NCBI GenBank assembly: GCA_028534125.1 | Contig: CM052816.1 | Coordinates: 2,296,001 to 2,360,000, forward strand | Reading direction: 5' to 3' | DNA: 64,000 nucleotides | Source: Lama glama | Lineage: Eukaryota | In this document: positions 12,471 to 25,288 of the stretch, piece by piece | How the letters are laid out: each line of letters begins with the position of its first letter | Numbering within the stretch: position 1 is the first letter of the stretch | Notes under the pieces: model-generated | The model's database searches: none | What the model was told of the DNA's origin: nothing | What the model saw: the letters and a program-made list of their open reading frames with translations, nothing else | Translations under genes and position numbers: made by a program

Positions 12471-15400
12471 CATGAGTTAGCCTGGGCCAAAATTTGTACC
12501 CGAGGGTTTTACCGTATCAGACCAAGCTGTAATGATCACCGTTGCCACTGATGCCTTGAACGGGAGGGTATCTTCACAGTTACTAATACCCTCCAGGGTG
12601 AGGTGGACTTGTCGTGTAGAGGATCAGAAGTAAGAGCAGTGCCTTCACCTTCCAGTTGTGTACATTTGTGGGTGGATCCGTTGACTTCTAGGAAGAAATT
12701 ATCCTTACGAAGGGAAAGGCTACATCTACCATTTGTGTTAGAGGCAGATGACAACCTCTTCCTTTTTCTGCATAAGTGACAGTTACTGTATATTTCAGAC
12801 AGTCAACCTGTTTGGGCCTCCTCTCTGGAGTGGGACCCCAGTCTGTCCAAAGCCTTGTCCCTGGCCACATTTTCTCTTGCGGTTCTGCCACCTCTGAGGT
12901 CTAGTACTTCTAATCCCAAGTAGACCTTTTATCTCTTCTCCGCGTCCTCACTCTGTAGCCCAGGGCACTCAGGAAGCAGGCTGGTGGGCCAGGACAAGCG
13001 GATAGCATTTTAGATTAGCAGCTGATGCTATTATTTGGAGTCTTTTTTTAGCTAAAGAATTTTTAAAAAGAGCCAGAGAAAATAGGGCTGGCTTCATTTA
13101 CCCTCGTCTGTGCTCTTCCCAGCCCGGTCTTTTGCAAATGAGTAGTTCAGTTTGGCTCTCAGATGGCCCCCTGAGGGCTGGGGAGAAGAAAGGTGGCGTT
13201 CAACTGCTGCTAACTCAGCTGCCTCCTGCGGGCTCCCAAGTCTGGGGGGAGCCGCAGGGCGTTCTCGTGAATTTGGTTCGCCATCTTTGTTAGCCTTCCT
13301 TATTGTTTCTTCCCCTTTCTCCTCTCTCTCCTCTTACAAAGCAAATTATTTTACTGATATTCTTGTGTTCCTTATCAGACCTCGCCCCAGAAGACTTAAA
13401 AAAATTCTTGGTCGTGTTTTATACATAAACCCAGGAAAACCAACAGGGTTGATGTGTGCTTGTGTTCAACGTGGGTTGAGTTTTTCCGCAAATAGAGATG
13501 CGCTTGGCTGTTTTTGCTCTTCTTCTGACATGTGATTTGGAGGAGGGAGGGGCTCCTGTTACTGGTTTGTAGAGCTAACTGCGAGTTTACCACCTCCCTC
13601 TCAATTCCTGTAACTTCTAAATGGTGGGTACTGCTTGGCTTGACTGCAGGTGTTTAGCACTGGGATAGGTACCATGGGTGATCAGAGTGAGGCCTTCGGG
13701 GATCTGGTGTTTATTTGGAGAGACAGCTTGCTCTCATTAGCACATTAGAGAGTTACATAATATATTGGTGGAGTCTAGAGTTCAACGTGTGACTTCAGAT
13801 CCCAGGCAGGGTTCTAGAAGGCAGAGAGAATACCGTAGTCAGAAGTAGACTGTTCGAATAACCAGTCAAATTGCTCGTAGCCCAGTGGATCTCTGTGCTG
13901 CACATTTTTTGACTCTCCCAATCCTTTTGTTTACTTACTGAAATATCCCAGAGAATTTACACCACTTAAGGTATTTAAGCTGCCTTCCGAATTGTCCAGT
14001 GGTGGGATTGGCAAGGAGCAGAGGGTGACAGGAACTGAAGACACCCATCCAAGCACGGATTTAGGTTTCATGGCGTAGCAGTGGACTGGGAGGCCCTCAG
14101 GGGGCCCAGATAGTAATTACAGCCCTTCCCTTACATTACAGTCATTGTTGGTCACTGGAGCTCCATCTCTGCATCTAAAAATGAGGGTCTTAGGCTAAAT
14201 CCTCTTTGAAACCAGCAACAATTCTAGTAATTCCTTGTATCTGGAGAGCTCTCCCTTAAGAATCCCAGCCCCAAACAGTAAGAAGAGTGGGAGTGAGGAT
14301 GGTGGGAAATAACTTCTTCCTCTCCTGTTCTTCGCTTTTAGAACGTGCTTGCAATATACAAATACCATGATTATTTGCGAAAGGGTTCTTTGAACTTCAT
14401 CAAAGCAATTTGATTAGCCCCCAAACTGGACCTCCCTATTGCTATGTTTTCAGTCAATATTGTTACTGTCTACACTTCAGATTCTGTTATCTGATATAAA
14501 TCTGAGGCTTACACCGCAATGTTGCTCTAATCCATCTTCCAGATAGTTCTATGGTGTACACCATTTCTTTGGGAGATGGGAGATGGGGGAGGGAGGTCCG
14601 CCAGCAAATCTGGGACATATTAAGAAATAAATTTAACTGGTCCTTGTTCGAGAGCTTTTGAGGGACTTTGTGCACTTTGACGATCTAAGATGTAGCATGC
14701 AGCCTGTCCCAAACCCCTGTGACCACAGAACCTTTTTTTAGGGATCATCTTACAGGAAGATACATTGACAGTGGTGGAAGTCACTTAGATTTCATGTTAA
14801 TGAAGTAAAGTCATGAAATCCAATCATAAAGTGATGGGGCTGGGGTTGATGTGAGACAATTGTCTGAAATATTAGCAAAGTATTCTTCAGCTCAGACCAG
14901 GAATGTTTGGAGCCATTCATTCTTTAATGTTGCAAGGCTCTGAACAGAATTTCTCTCATATTTTGCATCTGGTCTTAGTCTGTGCACACTTGGCGTTGGA
15001 TGGCATGTGACTCTGTGGCACAGCTGTATTTAAAGATTGCCAGGACCCCTTAGATGGGAGGATGAGAGAAGCCAGAGTTACACCCCTGTGTGAACCACTT
15101 AGCTTCACCCAGGGGCAGACGTTGTCTTTTTCATCTGGAGGAATGTTTTCTTTACCTGCATTTCCAGAGACAGGGAGAAGGCAAAAGAAGCCATGGAGAC
15201 CGGTGGGTGACCGTAATTAGGTAAATGGCGGTTTGTGGGGCTGAGAGGCAATTTGGCTGCTTGAATCCAAAAGTTGGAAAACAAGGTTGTAAATGCATTT
15301 CTTGGTCTCTTTCCTTCTTCCTTTCCATGTCAACTTTCCATTCTCATTTGTCCGCATAGCTCAGAGAAAGGATTGTAAATTTAAAAACAAACAAACAAAA

Positions 15401-15524
15401 AAACTAGTATTTGCTCCTCTGTGCCATCAAAAAATGAACTGCCACTCATACATACGTTCCCCGTGCAAGTTCCCCGGGCTTTACGTCTGCCCTTGGCTGC
15501 GGAACCACATGCAGAGTCACAAAA

Positions 15525-15700
15525 TCATGAGAGCTTTGAGGAACCTTTCCAGTCATTGAGTGCAGCTTTTTTATTTTGAAAGTGAGGAAGAAGAGGTTCC
15601 AGAGCCCACCCCTGCAGTGACTGGTCCCAGGAGCACGTTAGCTGCTTAGGGCCGGGATTCTGGCCCAATTCTCCTGACCCCGATCTTGCTCCCCATTCAG
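15525..15700 (-). mobile_element. MIR-family SINE fragment
   Basis: ttattttgaaagtgaggaagaagagg...agtgactggtcccagg...ttctcctgacccc. Confidence 0.55.
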
Positions 15701-16869
15701 CTTTCATTTGTACCCAGGATTTCCTGTGATATTTCCTTAGCCTTTTAACATATTACCCTACATTTACCAGACCCTCTCAAGCTCTGTACACAGTGGCATC
15801 ACAATTCTCATGACTAGTATGTATAACGCATTTATAGGGGACACAATTCCACTAAAATCAAAAAGAAAATGAAGAAAGGTGGACAAAGACATTGTCTCAA
15901 ATATTACCTCTTTCAAAATTTTATAATATAAATATGGTACAATGTTAATAGCTGTGTTATTTATTTTACGTATATTGAGACTTACAGTATAAGTTTAATT
16001 CAAAGTTGATTAAATGCTGGGGTTTAAAATAATTCGTAGTCGCGGCCTTTTTCCTAAATATACCAGCTGCGAAGTCTGTAGTCAACCTGTAATTACTGAT
16101 CATCTGTTATTAGGAGGAATATGCCTAATGCCGTATTTTAAACTTCATTTGTAGACAATAAATAGAGCAGTTTAAATCCGTTGCATCAAGCTTTGAATAG
16201 GACTTTGAAGAATACCTTTCGAGTCTAAGTTATCTTATGGAGAATGGTTTCTAAATGAGCCAGCATATTTAAAAACAGATTAAAAATAGTCGAATGGCCT
16301 TTTTAATATAGTTACATAGTTATAACCATGCTCACATGATTCTTAGAAATGCTTTAATCTGTATTGCTATTTTAAAAGCCTGAGACACTTGAAATCTATC
16401 CTGTATGTTGGTATTTATGGGATAATTAGAAACAACGTTTTTCAGTTGTCTCCAGTGCACGCAGGAGGGACGTGTGTGTGCCTCTCACTGGAATGGCAAC
16501 CACAGAAGTGCGATTCGTTCCTAATTTTAACATGAAGCAGAGACAGGATTCGCACCTGGCTGCGGTCATGTGACTGCTACAAAGAAAATCAGTGTTTATA
16601 TAGAGCTTTGTTCACTTTGTGCATGTGCTCAGTGCCGATCGCTGCAATGGCTCCCTGATGGTCTGAGCTAAAAAGCCTTCCTCCTTATGCAGTCTTACTG
16701 GCTTCCTCTTTCTTAAAGCCTCAGCCCCTTAGTTTGGGGTCCAGGCACACCTGTGGAGGACTCTGACCTTTTAACATCCCTGCCCACCGTTCATCTTAAC
16801 TGATGCTCCTTTCTCACGGAGTTGGTAGCTCCTCTTTATTCCCCTTAGTGATTTCTCACCTCTGCCCTC

Positions 16870-17260
16870 TTGTCTGGCTTATGCTGTTCCTCCTGCCACA
16901 ATGCTTTTCCCTCCTTTTTGTGCCCAAATCCTTCCACCCTCTAAGATCCAGTAGAAACTAGTTTTGTCTGGGAAATCTTCCCTCATAGCTCTAGATACGG
17001 AATTATTTTCTCTTCTTTTTAAATTCTTAATGGCCTTATCTGTGCTGTATTCTGTTCCTTGTAACTTTCTATCTTTAATTATTGTTTTCTTAAGGGGATG
17101 CGCTCTCCTTTGAAGGCAGGATTCATAATTCAGCGTAGTCTCCTACAGTGTCTAGCACAGAGCCTTGCGTGTCCAAGACATTCATTTATACAGAATAGTA
17201 TAGAACGACACTACTTCGCCTTTCATTCATTCATTCATTCAAACAAATGCTCCTTATTAG
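16870..17260 (+). mobile_element. L2 3' fragment, followed by an opposite-strand (TTCA)n L2-type end
   Basis: gcttatgctgttcctcctgcc...ctcctttgaaggcagga...cagtgtctagcacagagcctt, then ttcattcattcattcattcaaacaaatg. Confidence 0.65.
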
Positions 17261-17584
17261 CAGCTGTTATATTCAATGCAGCTTCCAAGTGTCAGTACCA
17301 GACAGACAGATTGCAGTTTCATTTTTGTTAATGCGTGTGTGATTAGATAGTTTATATTTAGATATATTTATGGTGCAATAAGGATGCACATAAATACTTT
17401 AGTGTAAATCTGCTGGTTATGGTGAGGATTAAGTTGTAACAAAACTAAAACTTTTTAAGTGATTGATACGAGTGAGGCCTCCTCCTAAACTCATTACAGG
17501 CATGAAGTCAATTAATCCTCGTAATAACACTGGTGAGATAGTCAGCCCCCTCCCCCTCCCCCACCTCCCTTCCTAGGCAATGCA

Positions 17585-17695
17585 ACTGATGGCCAGAGAG
17601 GCTGAGTGACTTTCCAGAGGTCCCACAGCTGGTACCTTGCAAAGTTTGGACTTGAACCAGAATCCGTCTAACTCCAGAGCCATCTTTTAACTGTC
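17585..17695 (-). mobile_element. MIR SINE fragment
   Basis: actgatggccagagaggctgagtgactttccagaggtcccacagct...cttgaaccagaatccgtctaactccagagcc. Confidence 0.75.
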
Positions 17696-19229
17696 TAAAA
17701 AGAATGCAGTAAAACGTCATTAATCCAGAGAAGAGTGTTATGGTCATCTCAACTCTCTAAAATTCAGCATAAAACTTGAAGTAAGCAAAAAAAAAAAAAA
17801 AAGTAAACGTATAAAATCCCAGCCTTTGGGGTAACCAGAACAGTGGGTTTTAACACACTATGCTATCTCTTTTCCCACGTCACAGCGGATCAGAAGGAGC
17901 AAACTGGAGGCGGGTTGTTAGAAGCAGGCTCAGTGACAGCAGAAGTGACAGCTTAATGTCAGGGCAGGAAAGGAAAACCTAAAAAGCCGACACAGAACTA
18001 GATTACTGTGCTGCACATTAATGACTGCTCGTAATGACAGTGGTCCTCAGTAATCAAGGAGGCGATGGCAATTATACTCACTATCTTCTGTCTGAAACAG
18101 AGTGATGTGTGTAACGCATCCTCCAAAGACTTCAGAGAGAGCAGCCGTGGTGGCACCTTATTAAAAGGGGGCTGGCTTCACTCACTCCCTGAAGCGACGT
18201 GTTAAATCAGGAATTGCTGAATAGATGCCCAAGTGTCACTGTAGATAGGATGCAAATAAGAACTTTAGCACCAAAGAATGTTAGAACGAGTCACTGTTGA
18301 GTATCTTACAGCTTTGATGCCCTATTCTTAGAGCTCGGAAAGCCCCTGAAAGACTTTTTTGGTGGAAGATGAATTTATCTGCTGCTGCCCCACCTTTTGG
18401 TCCTTATATTTTTCTTTCCTAATTCCTAATCTTTGCAGGCAGAGATTCTGCCCTGCGGACTGCCAACTTTGATAACAAACATTCGGCCCCTTCCAAAAAT
18501 GCATCTGGGCTTCCTTTTTCTTTTATATTTTAATTTTCGAACAAACAAAGCAGCAGCCCAGGACCCTGAGCCAGGCCTGAGTAGGGCATGGTGTTCGTTC
18601 TTGACTGGATGTAGAAAAACAAGGCTCAAGAAAGAGCTCATTGTGCAGTTTCAAACCGCAGGGGCTGGCGTTCCTGGTGTCCAGTCCTCTCCGTCTGGAA
18701 TACGCTGGCCCTCAGGAACTCACCCGAGCTTCTCCAGCTCCCAGATGGTCAGGATGAGATCCAGTCTTTAATGGGGCCCAATTGGCACAAGATTTACATC
18801 CTGGGAAGAGAGCCGGAGAAAGTTTATTTAAAAAATAAATTACCGAAAAATAAATAAATCAATCAACCCACAAAACCGAAGGTAGTCGAAGGATAACGTG
18901 TTTATTTTAGCCTTTTTTCTCCCCAGTCTGTTATTTTGAAAGATGATCTTGTTGCTGTTTTGTTTTGTACAATTAACTGCATTGATTTAGGGACCTGGTG
19001 AGTTTCTTGGTCAGAAGAATTGGGCAGTATATTTTTGTGAATGGTTAATGAGGATACCAGGAAGTCTGTGGGGGCAAAGTAAAAAAAAAAAAAAAATTTT
19101 TTTTTTCTTTAGTGAAAAGATTTTTTCAGTGGGGTGATATTGATGGTATCTTTTTGTAGTGGTGGACTTGTAAGGGACTTTATTGCATCTTCAACCTAAT
19201 TATTAGCAGTGGTGAATAACATCACGGTA

Positions 19230-19365
19230 TTTATTCATTCAATGCTCCCCAAGCGTTTGTTGAATGTCTCCTAGTTCCCAGGCACTGGTAAAACTGGAAA
19301 CATAGCAGTAAAAAACAAGAAAGACAAAGTTCACATCCTCATGAGGCTTATGTTCTAGTTGGGGA
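19230..19365 (-). mobile_element. L2 3' end
   Basis: cattcaa...tttgttgaatgtctcctagttcccaggcactgg...agacaaagttcacatcctcatgaggcttatgttctagttgggg. Confidence 0.75.
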
Positions 19366-20334
19366 GGATCCAATCAATAGAGAAATAGATCTGTATCTCT
19401 CTTCTTTGTGTCTATGATGCTGTCGATAGGAGAGAAATTTTAGACTTTGTGAAGAAATAGCGCTGACGATTCAAAAGCCAGATTTTAAGTCCCCTATTGA
19501 ACTCAGTTCCTGAGACTTTAGTTTCAAAAGTCTCCTCTGACAGTCATACATAAAGTTTATCTTGGGGAATTCACATGACCTAACATACTTTGCTAAACAT
19601 CGGTTGAGTTATTTTCTTGAAGGGACAAAAGGAAACCAGAATGTTTGTGCAACAGTAAGTGCTTCCACGGGCTTTGTCTCACGTTCCCTGAGAAATCGTA
19701 TACTGCCTTGGAGACAGGCAATTCTCGGGAAGGAAACAATCTGTGTTACGAAACCCAGAGAAGTCTGATTAGGGAACAAACCAGAATTCACCGAGGAGCT
19801 CGGGAGAAGAGCTGGCGTCCCCTGATTTATGTCGTACCCACTACAGGGGACTAGAGATGGAATATGTAGGTTCAGCCAGCACCATCCCCAAGAACATTCA
19901 ACTTATCGTAATTCAGCTTTCTTTGGGAACTCCAGAAAAATAATATTTTTCCAACACCACGTTTAACTACAGAAAGATGAATGTTCCTGGGTGGAAGCAA
20001 ACTAAGTTTGCTTGTGTGGTCACTTCCCCTGTGGTGTCTCTTTAAAACCCCTTGGTCGATCTGGTTTTGAAGCTTTAATTATGCCTTTATGCTGCAGTTT
20101 CCTTGTATAAGTGTCTGCTTTCTGTCCATCACTCAGCACCCCCTGCCTATCTCAAAAGAGATGGATAGTATTACCCTAATTGAGGAGGAGGGAGAATGCT
20201 GTGCAGATTATTAATGCATAAATTAAAAAATTAATCTGGAAAGTGCTTTAGGATCCCTAGAGAAGCTCTACCAAACACAAAGCATATTTAACATTATTAT
20301 CAGTACTCCCATAGAGTGGATAGGAGCCCGGGAG

Positions 20335-20420
20335 GGGGATGAGCGGGTAAACTGAGGCACGGAGGGTGGCAGTGGGTGAACGGGCCAGCATACATTAGAA
20401 CCCAGACTCTTGGGTGAGTA
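20335..20420 (-). mobile_element. MIR fragment
   Basis: gggtaaactgaggcacggaggg...ttagaacccagactct. Confidence 0.5.
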
Positions 20421-21019
20421 ATATCTAGAAACCACTGTCCCCCTGCCCACTTAAGGCTTTTTCTAGTTGTAAATATTATTTTTCCAGAGAAGAAACTTCT
20501 CCTTCCTTTTACCCATTCTCTTTAAGTCTTTAGACTTTTTTTTTTTTTTTTACTTTTTAGTGTTGAAAGTGATTAAGGCTAAAATACTTACTCCTAAGGC
20601 TAGTAATGAAAAGTCACTGGTGTGCTCTCTAGTAATCCCAGTTATTTTTTTTTAGCTTTGTGGCTTGGAACTTCAAACTGCATTTATTTCATATAGTTAC
20701 ACTGGTTGGCATACACACAGAAAGGGTCATCTTAGAATTGCTCTTTTGTTTTGCTGGGAAATGATTCATGGCCAGCCTGTCACGAAGTGAGAAAGGTTAT
20801 TTTGAGGACCCACCATGCTCCCAGAACCTCTTAGGATGTAGGGGAAGCTGAGGACCCTGTCCATCCGGTCAGCAGCGGAGGTAGAATGAAAAGTACAAGT
20901 GCCAGGAATTATGGGAAAACAATACGTACCAGTAGGGAGGGGCCGCCGTGGCTGTGTACCTGGGTCATCAGGCAGGCAGACTTGATGCTTCTGATCGGTT
21001 CCTTGATCATTTTTGTTAA

Positions 21020-21135
21020 CCTTTCCTGAAGTTCATTTTTCACATCTGTGAACCAGCTAATTCCCATGCCTGCGCCTAATACTGTAGGACAGAAATCACT
21101 GGAGGAGTGTTTCATGGTACTTGGCACATGGTTAC
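21020..21135 (+). mobile_element. MIR fragment
   Basis: ttaacctttcctgaagttcatttttcacatctgtgaa...gtacttggcacatgg. Confidence 0.55.
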
Positions 21136-22497
21136 AAGACAATGAAACATCTTAGCAGCTGAGGTCACCATCAAGGCCGTCACCACCATCCACTTAGTGT
21201 GAGCTAGAGTGACACAGATAGTAAGTGCTGCTGGCTGTCAGAGAGGACAGTGATTCTCAAGACCCGCCCCCTTTCCCCAGAATTCTTCAGCATGTCTCCA
21301 TTACTGCTTTGAAACGCTGGGTACTCTCATTTACCCACCACCGGGGTCCTACTTCTGATCCTGCAGGAGACTTCTATAAAAACCATTTGGAGAGGTCTCT
21401 CCTCCCATGCCTCTCCTCTGGACTCTCAGACTCTGCAAACTGCCTCTCTGGGTTTTGCTTCCACCTCCATGCATCCTCCAAGGTGCTCAGTGCATGCACA
21501 GAGGGACGCGTTGCTCTCTCCTGTTTCCCACTCTGTCAAGGAGGGACCCATCCCCCGCCCCCATGTCTGCCTTTTATCTCTTAGGGTCACAGCAACTTCA
21601 CTTTGCAGCCAGAAGCCACAGCAAGAGTGCCTTGCCTGGCCCACCGCTTGGGACTCTTCTGCACTTGTGCTCCGAGTCTGGAGAAGAGAAAATGCTCACA
21701 CAGGCAGCTCAGAGGGAGCATAATTGCTGTGGCCAGCAAGTCCTTGGTGTGCTGGCCTCTCCTGGGGCCTTGCAGAGACCATGTGGGTTTCTTTCATTGT
21801 CATACCACACTTTAAAGTGATTTCTTCTGATTATAACATTGATGCATTCTTGTTGCCCGAGAAGTTTGAGAATTTAGGGAGGTGTGCAGAGGGAACTGTA
21901 ATTACCCATAACTTTACCATCTAGTGGTAACTTCTCTTGACACTTTGATTTTCCTTTTAGTCTTTCTTCCATGCAAATATATATCTAATTCTTATATAAT
22001 CACATGCAGTACATACTGCACAAAAGTGACAGTTTTCTACCTTTGATTTTTGTATTTTTCTCGTAATATAAGTAATACCTATAAATGTACGAATTTGTTT
22101 ATTCCAGAATTACTTATGTGATTATTATTTCCTGTGCAAGCACATACACATGTACACACAAACAAGTAAACACAGAAATACATGCACATGCATATGAGGA
22201 AGAAGAGAGAAAGAAGACAAATCCCATCTAATTGATCAGTCCAGAAACAAACACTGTCAGCATTTAGCAGTGATCTTTCACGGCCCACTTTTTTAGTATT
22301 GTTTAACCGTTTTTTTTTCTTTATTTCATCTTATCCCTTCTCACTAGAGTGTGAGTCACAGACCCTCAGACATCTTCTTTTTTTGCCACTTATATGATAT
22401 CTGAGCAGTGGTCTCATGCAGGGACCTGAGTGCTGGGCCAGTTGTATAATTAATTTTAAGAGCAACTTAGGGAATGAGAGTTAAACATTATCATGTT

Positions 22498-22803
22498 AAG
22501 AACAGTGGACACTTGTGGGGAGAGTATAGCTCAGGATTAGAGTGCCTGCTTAGCATGCACAAGGTCCTGGGTTCAATTCTCAGCACCTCCAATAATATAA
22601 ATGAGTAAATAAACCTAATTACCTGCCCCCCCCCAAATTTTTTTAAAAAAAGAAAAAGAGTAGCTGGTATCAACCTGGCCTGAAACCTGATGGTGTTCCT
22701 GGCTCTGGATACCTGCTGTAAATTTGTAAGTCCACACTGAGACATAAAAATAAACTAGGGTGCATATTTCTTAAAAAGAAAAAAAAAAGAACAGTGGACG
22801 CTT
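22498..22803 (+). repeat. 17-bp target-site duplication enclosing the SINE, about 115 bp of extra sequence and a second poly(A)
   Basis: aagaacagtggacactt (22498-22514) versus aagaacagtggacgctt (22787-22803); the single mismatch is CpG-type. Confidence 0.85.
22517..22657 (+). mobile_element. tRNA-Ala(AGC)-derived SINE (vic-1-like camelid type)
   Basis: ggggagagtatagctcagg (A box), cttagcat anticodon-loop remnant, gggttcaattctc (B box), cacctcca end, AATAAA at 22608-22613, C9 run and A-rich tail. The family name is inferred from recall. Confidence 0.85.
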
Positions 22804-22864
22804 ATGGATAGGGATTACTTCTCTTAATGGACTCAAACATCTAGTAGAATTCTGGCCTAATTTA

Positions 22865-23950
22865 TACAAGCATTTATTCCAGAAATATTTTGGAAATATC
22901 CTGTAAGTAAGGCACTAAGTTAAATATTTTAGGGGATACAGATATGAGTTAGACCCTGTTGCTGAGCTCAGGGAGTGTCTAATGGGAAAAAGCAGTGTAG
23001 GAAAATCTTCACATACTTAAGTAAAGCAGGATGCTAATCGCTGTAGTATATATGCCATTATTATATAAGGTCTTACAAAAGTGCAGGTAGCGCTGACTCT
23101 TAGGATCAGGTAACACAGATTGGAAGAGACAGCGTAAGTAGGGGGATGCGTAGCAAGGAATGGCACGAACAAAGCAAAGATGGTAGGCGAGGCTGTGCTT
23201 TCATGTGTGCACATGGCCTTGTGTCCAGAATGTGGAGCGGTGGAGTGGAAGTGTACCAGAAAGGGCGGCCAGCTGTCAGGCCTTGGAATGGCTGAGCACT
23301 GTGCCAAGGAGGCCGGACTGTGTACCGTACGTAAGGGGGCAGGTGAGGGTTTGAGTCAGGACATGGCATGACGAGGCTGATTTGAAGACTGTAATTCCAG
23401 GGGAGAAACTCCACGTAGAGAGAGATCATTTAGGAAGCAGTTACAATGTCGCAGTAGCCTGAGTAAGAAATGGTGACAGCCTGAACAGGAGAAAGCAGCA
23501 AGGAGCCAGCGGAATTCAGTGGAGGGAAAAGCCAACATGACTAAAAGAAAATTTGCAGGGAGAAGAAAAATCGAGATGACCCTAACTTTTCTATTTTGGG
23601 TGCTTGAAAGGATAGCGTTCCCTAAGCCGAGGGAGGGAACACAGGAGCAAGAAATCCACTTATAGGTAGTAAGATGATAAATTTAGCTTGGGTCGTGTTG
23701 AGATGGAGGTGGCTCCAAGACATGTCTGCGGAGATTCTGTTACTCTGTTGCTAATAAAAGTTTGGTGCTTGGCAAAGAGATCAAAGTTATCGGTGTAGAT
23801 TTGAAAGTCAGTTTAGCTCAGATGGCTGAGCCACTGAGCGAACGCAAGAAATGTTAAGCAAGTGAAAAGAGAGAAAAATATAGAACAAAGCTTGTGAAAT
23901 TTCTACAATTAACAAGTTGGCAGAAAGGAAGAGTTGGCAAACAGAACAAG
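22865..23950 (-). mobile_element. L2 LINE fragment, about 1.1 kb
   Basis: catttattccagaaatattt...aggcactaag...ggggatacagatatgag 3' end, then purine-rich L2 body (gatgaccctaactttt...tttagcttgggtcgtgttgag...gtagatttgaaagtca). Confidence 0.75.
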
Positions 23951-24324
23951 AACCGATGAATAAGAGAGGAGCTCTCGAAAACACTTATTTACAGGCATAA
24001 GAGAAGGATTTTCTTCCTGCTGTTTCAAATGATTTTAGTTAACTTTCATGACCCTCCACTTTTCTCATCTGGTGTACATATCCCATAAGGATGAGTTTTA
24101 AAAGGTAGCGAATGTGAAAATGCTGTGGTTAAACCATCAGACATTCTGCAGGTCTTAGGTCTTAACAATTAGTGTCACAGAAGCGAAGAAAGTATAAACT
24201 TCCAAAAGGGAAGAAGGTAGTGTCAGATGCTACAGAGTTTCAGAAGACTATTTTTATTCCCGCTTGTTTGGTTTGTGATTTAAGGAAGTTAAGTCAAAGG
24301 AGTGAACCTGTTCACTCTGATCAC

Positions 24325-24805
24325 TCAGAAGAGTGTTTCCCAAAGCGTGGGGGTGTGCCCCTGGTTGTACAGGAGACACGTTTGGATTTGACACAGGCAT
24401 GAAATAGAACTGAATCACACAGTGAGAAAGTTATTCTCCTTTGGTTTCCCTTTTAATCCTGATATATGTTAAGGGAGACAGTCTCAGTTGGGGCAAAGAA
24501 GTCTGTGACTCTTAACACTAGCTGATCTCCCTTTTCGATAAACCCACTCAGGTCATCAACATTAGCTAGCTAGAATTTAACAGCATCATTAACTTTAAGA
24601 TTACTATGTTCAGTACCTTCTTATTTTGGCAGGGGATACCAGTTGCGATAGTAATATAAAATTTCCTCATTTCCTAACATAGAGTTATTTTAAACAAAAA
24701 GTTAACCAATAATAAAATGTTAAGTACATAATTGTTTAGGTGGAATGTGGATGTGGCAAAACTAAGAAAGTGGTATTCCAATGACAGACATTTGGAGAAT
24801 TCAGA
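24325..24805. mobile_element. hAT-Charlie-like DNA transposon fossil
   Basis: Starts agtgtttcccaaag (Charlie-type TIR), has internal gaatcacacagtgagaaagttattc, and ends in a degenerate tttggagaat; subfamily not determined. Confidence 0.5.
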
Positions 24806-25037
24806 CTTCCCAGAGCCCTTGCTCTTTCTGTTACTTAGACTGACTGCCTCAGTTCAGCCAGGCTGGAACAACGTGGGAAATTCATCCTGAGACGGCAGGA
24901 GGGGGTTGAGGGTAGATCTTGGGTTCTGGACTCCCAGATCTAGACCCTGTCTTTGTCCTAAGATGTTGCGTCAATTTTTGAAGCCACTAGACTTTTCTAG
25001 ACTTTCGTGTTAGCTGTTAAAATGTGAGTGTTTGTTT

Positions 25038-25288
25038 TCTTTTTTAAAAAGTATTTTTATTGAAGTATAGTCAGCTTACAATGTTGTGTCAATTTCTGGT
25101 ATACAGCACAATGCTTCAGTCATATAGGAACATACATACATTCATGTTCTTTTTCACCATAAGTTATCACAAGATATTGAATACAGTTCTCTGTGTGTGG
25201 GGTGGGAAGGGATAAACTGGGAGTTCGAGATTTGCAGGTACTACTGTATATAAAATAGATAAACAACAAGTTTATATTGTGTAGCACA
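25038..25288 (-). mobile_element. 5'-truncated lineage L1 with inverted 5' segment
   Basis: 25038-25195 is an antisense L1 3' end and about 25196-25288 is the adjacent upstream 3' UTR in + orientation. TSD gagtgtttgttt at 25026-25037 and 25289-25300. Confidence 0.9.

Noticed and set aside
19081..19106. A16T10 self-complementary run
   Set aside because: Adjacent homopolymers with no TSD or element body; low complexity.
22517..22591. Possible tRNA-Ala gene
   Set aside because: Stems are imperfect and it continues into a SINE body, A tail and TSD, so it is a SINE head.
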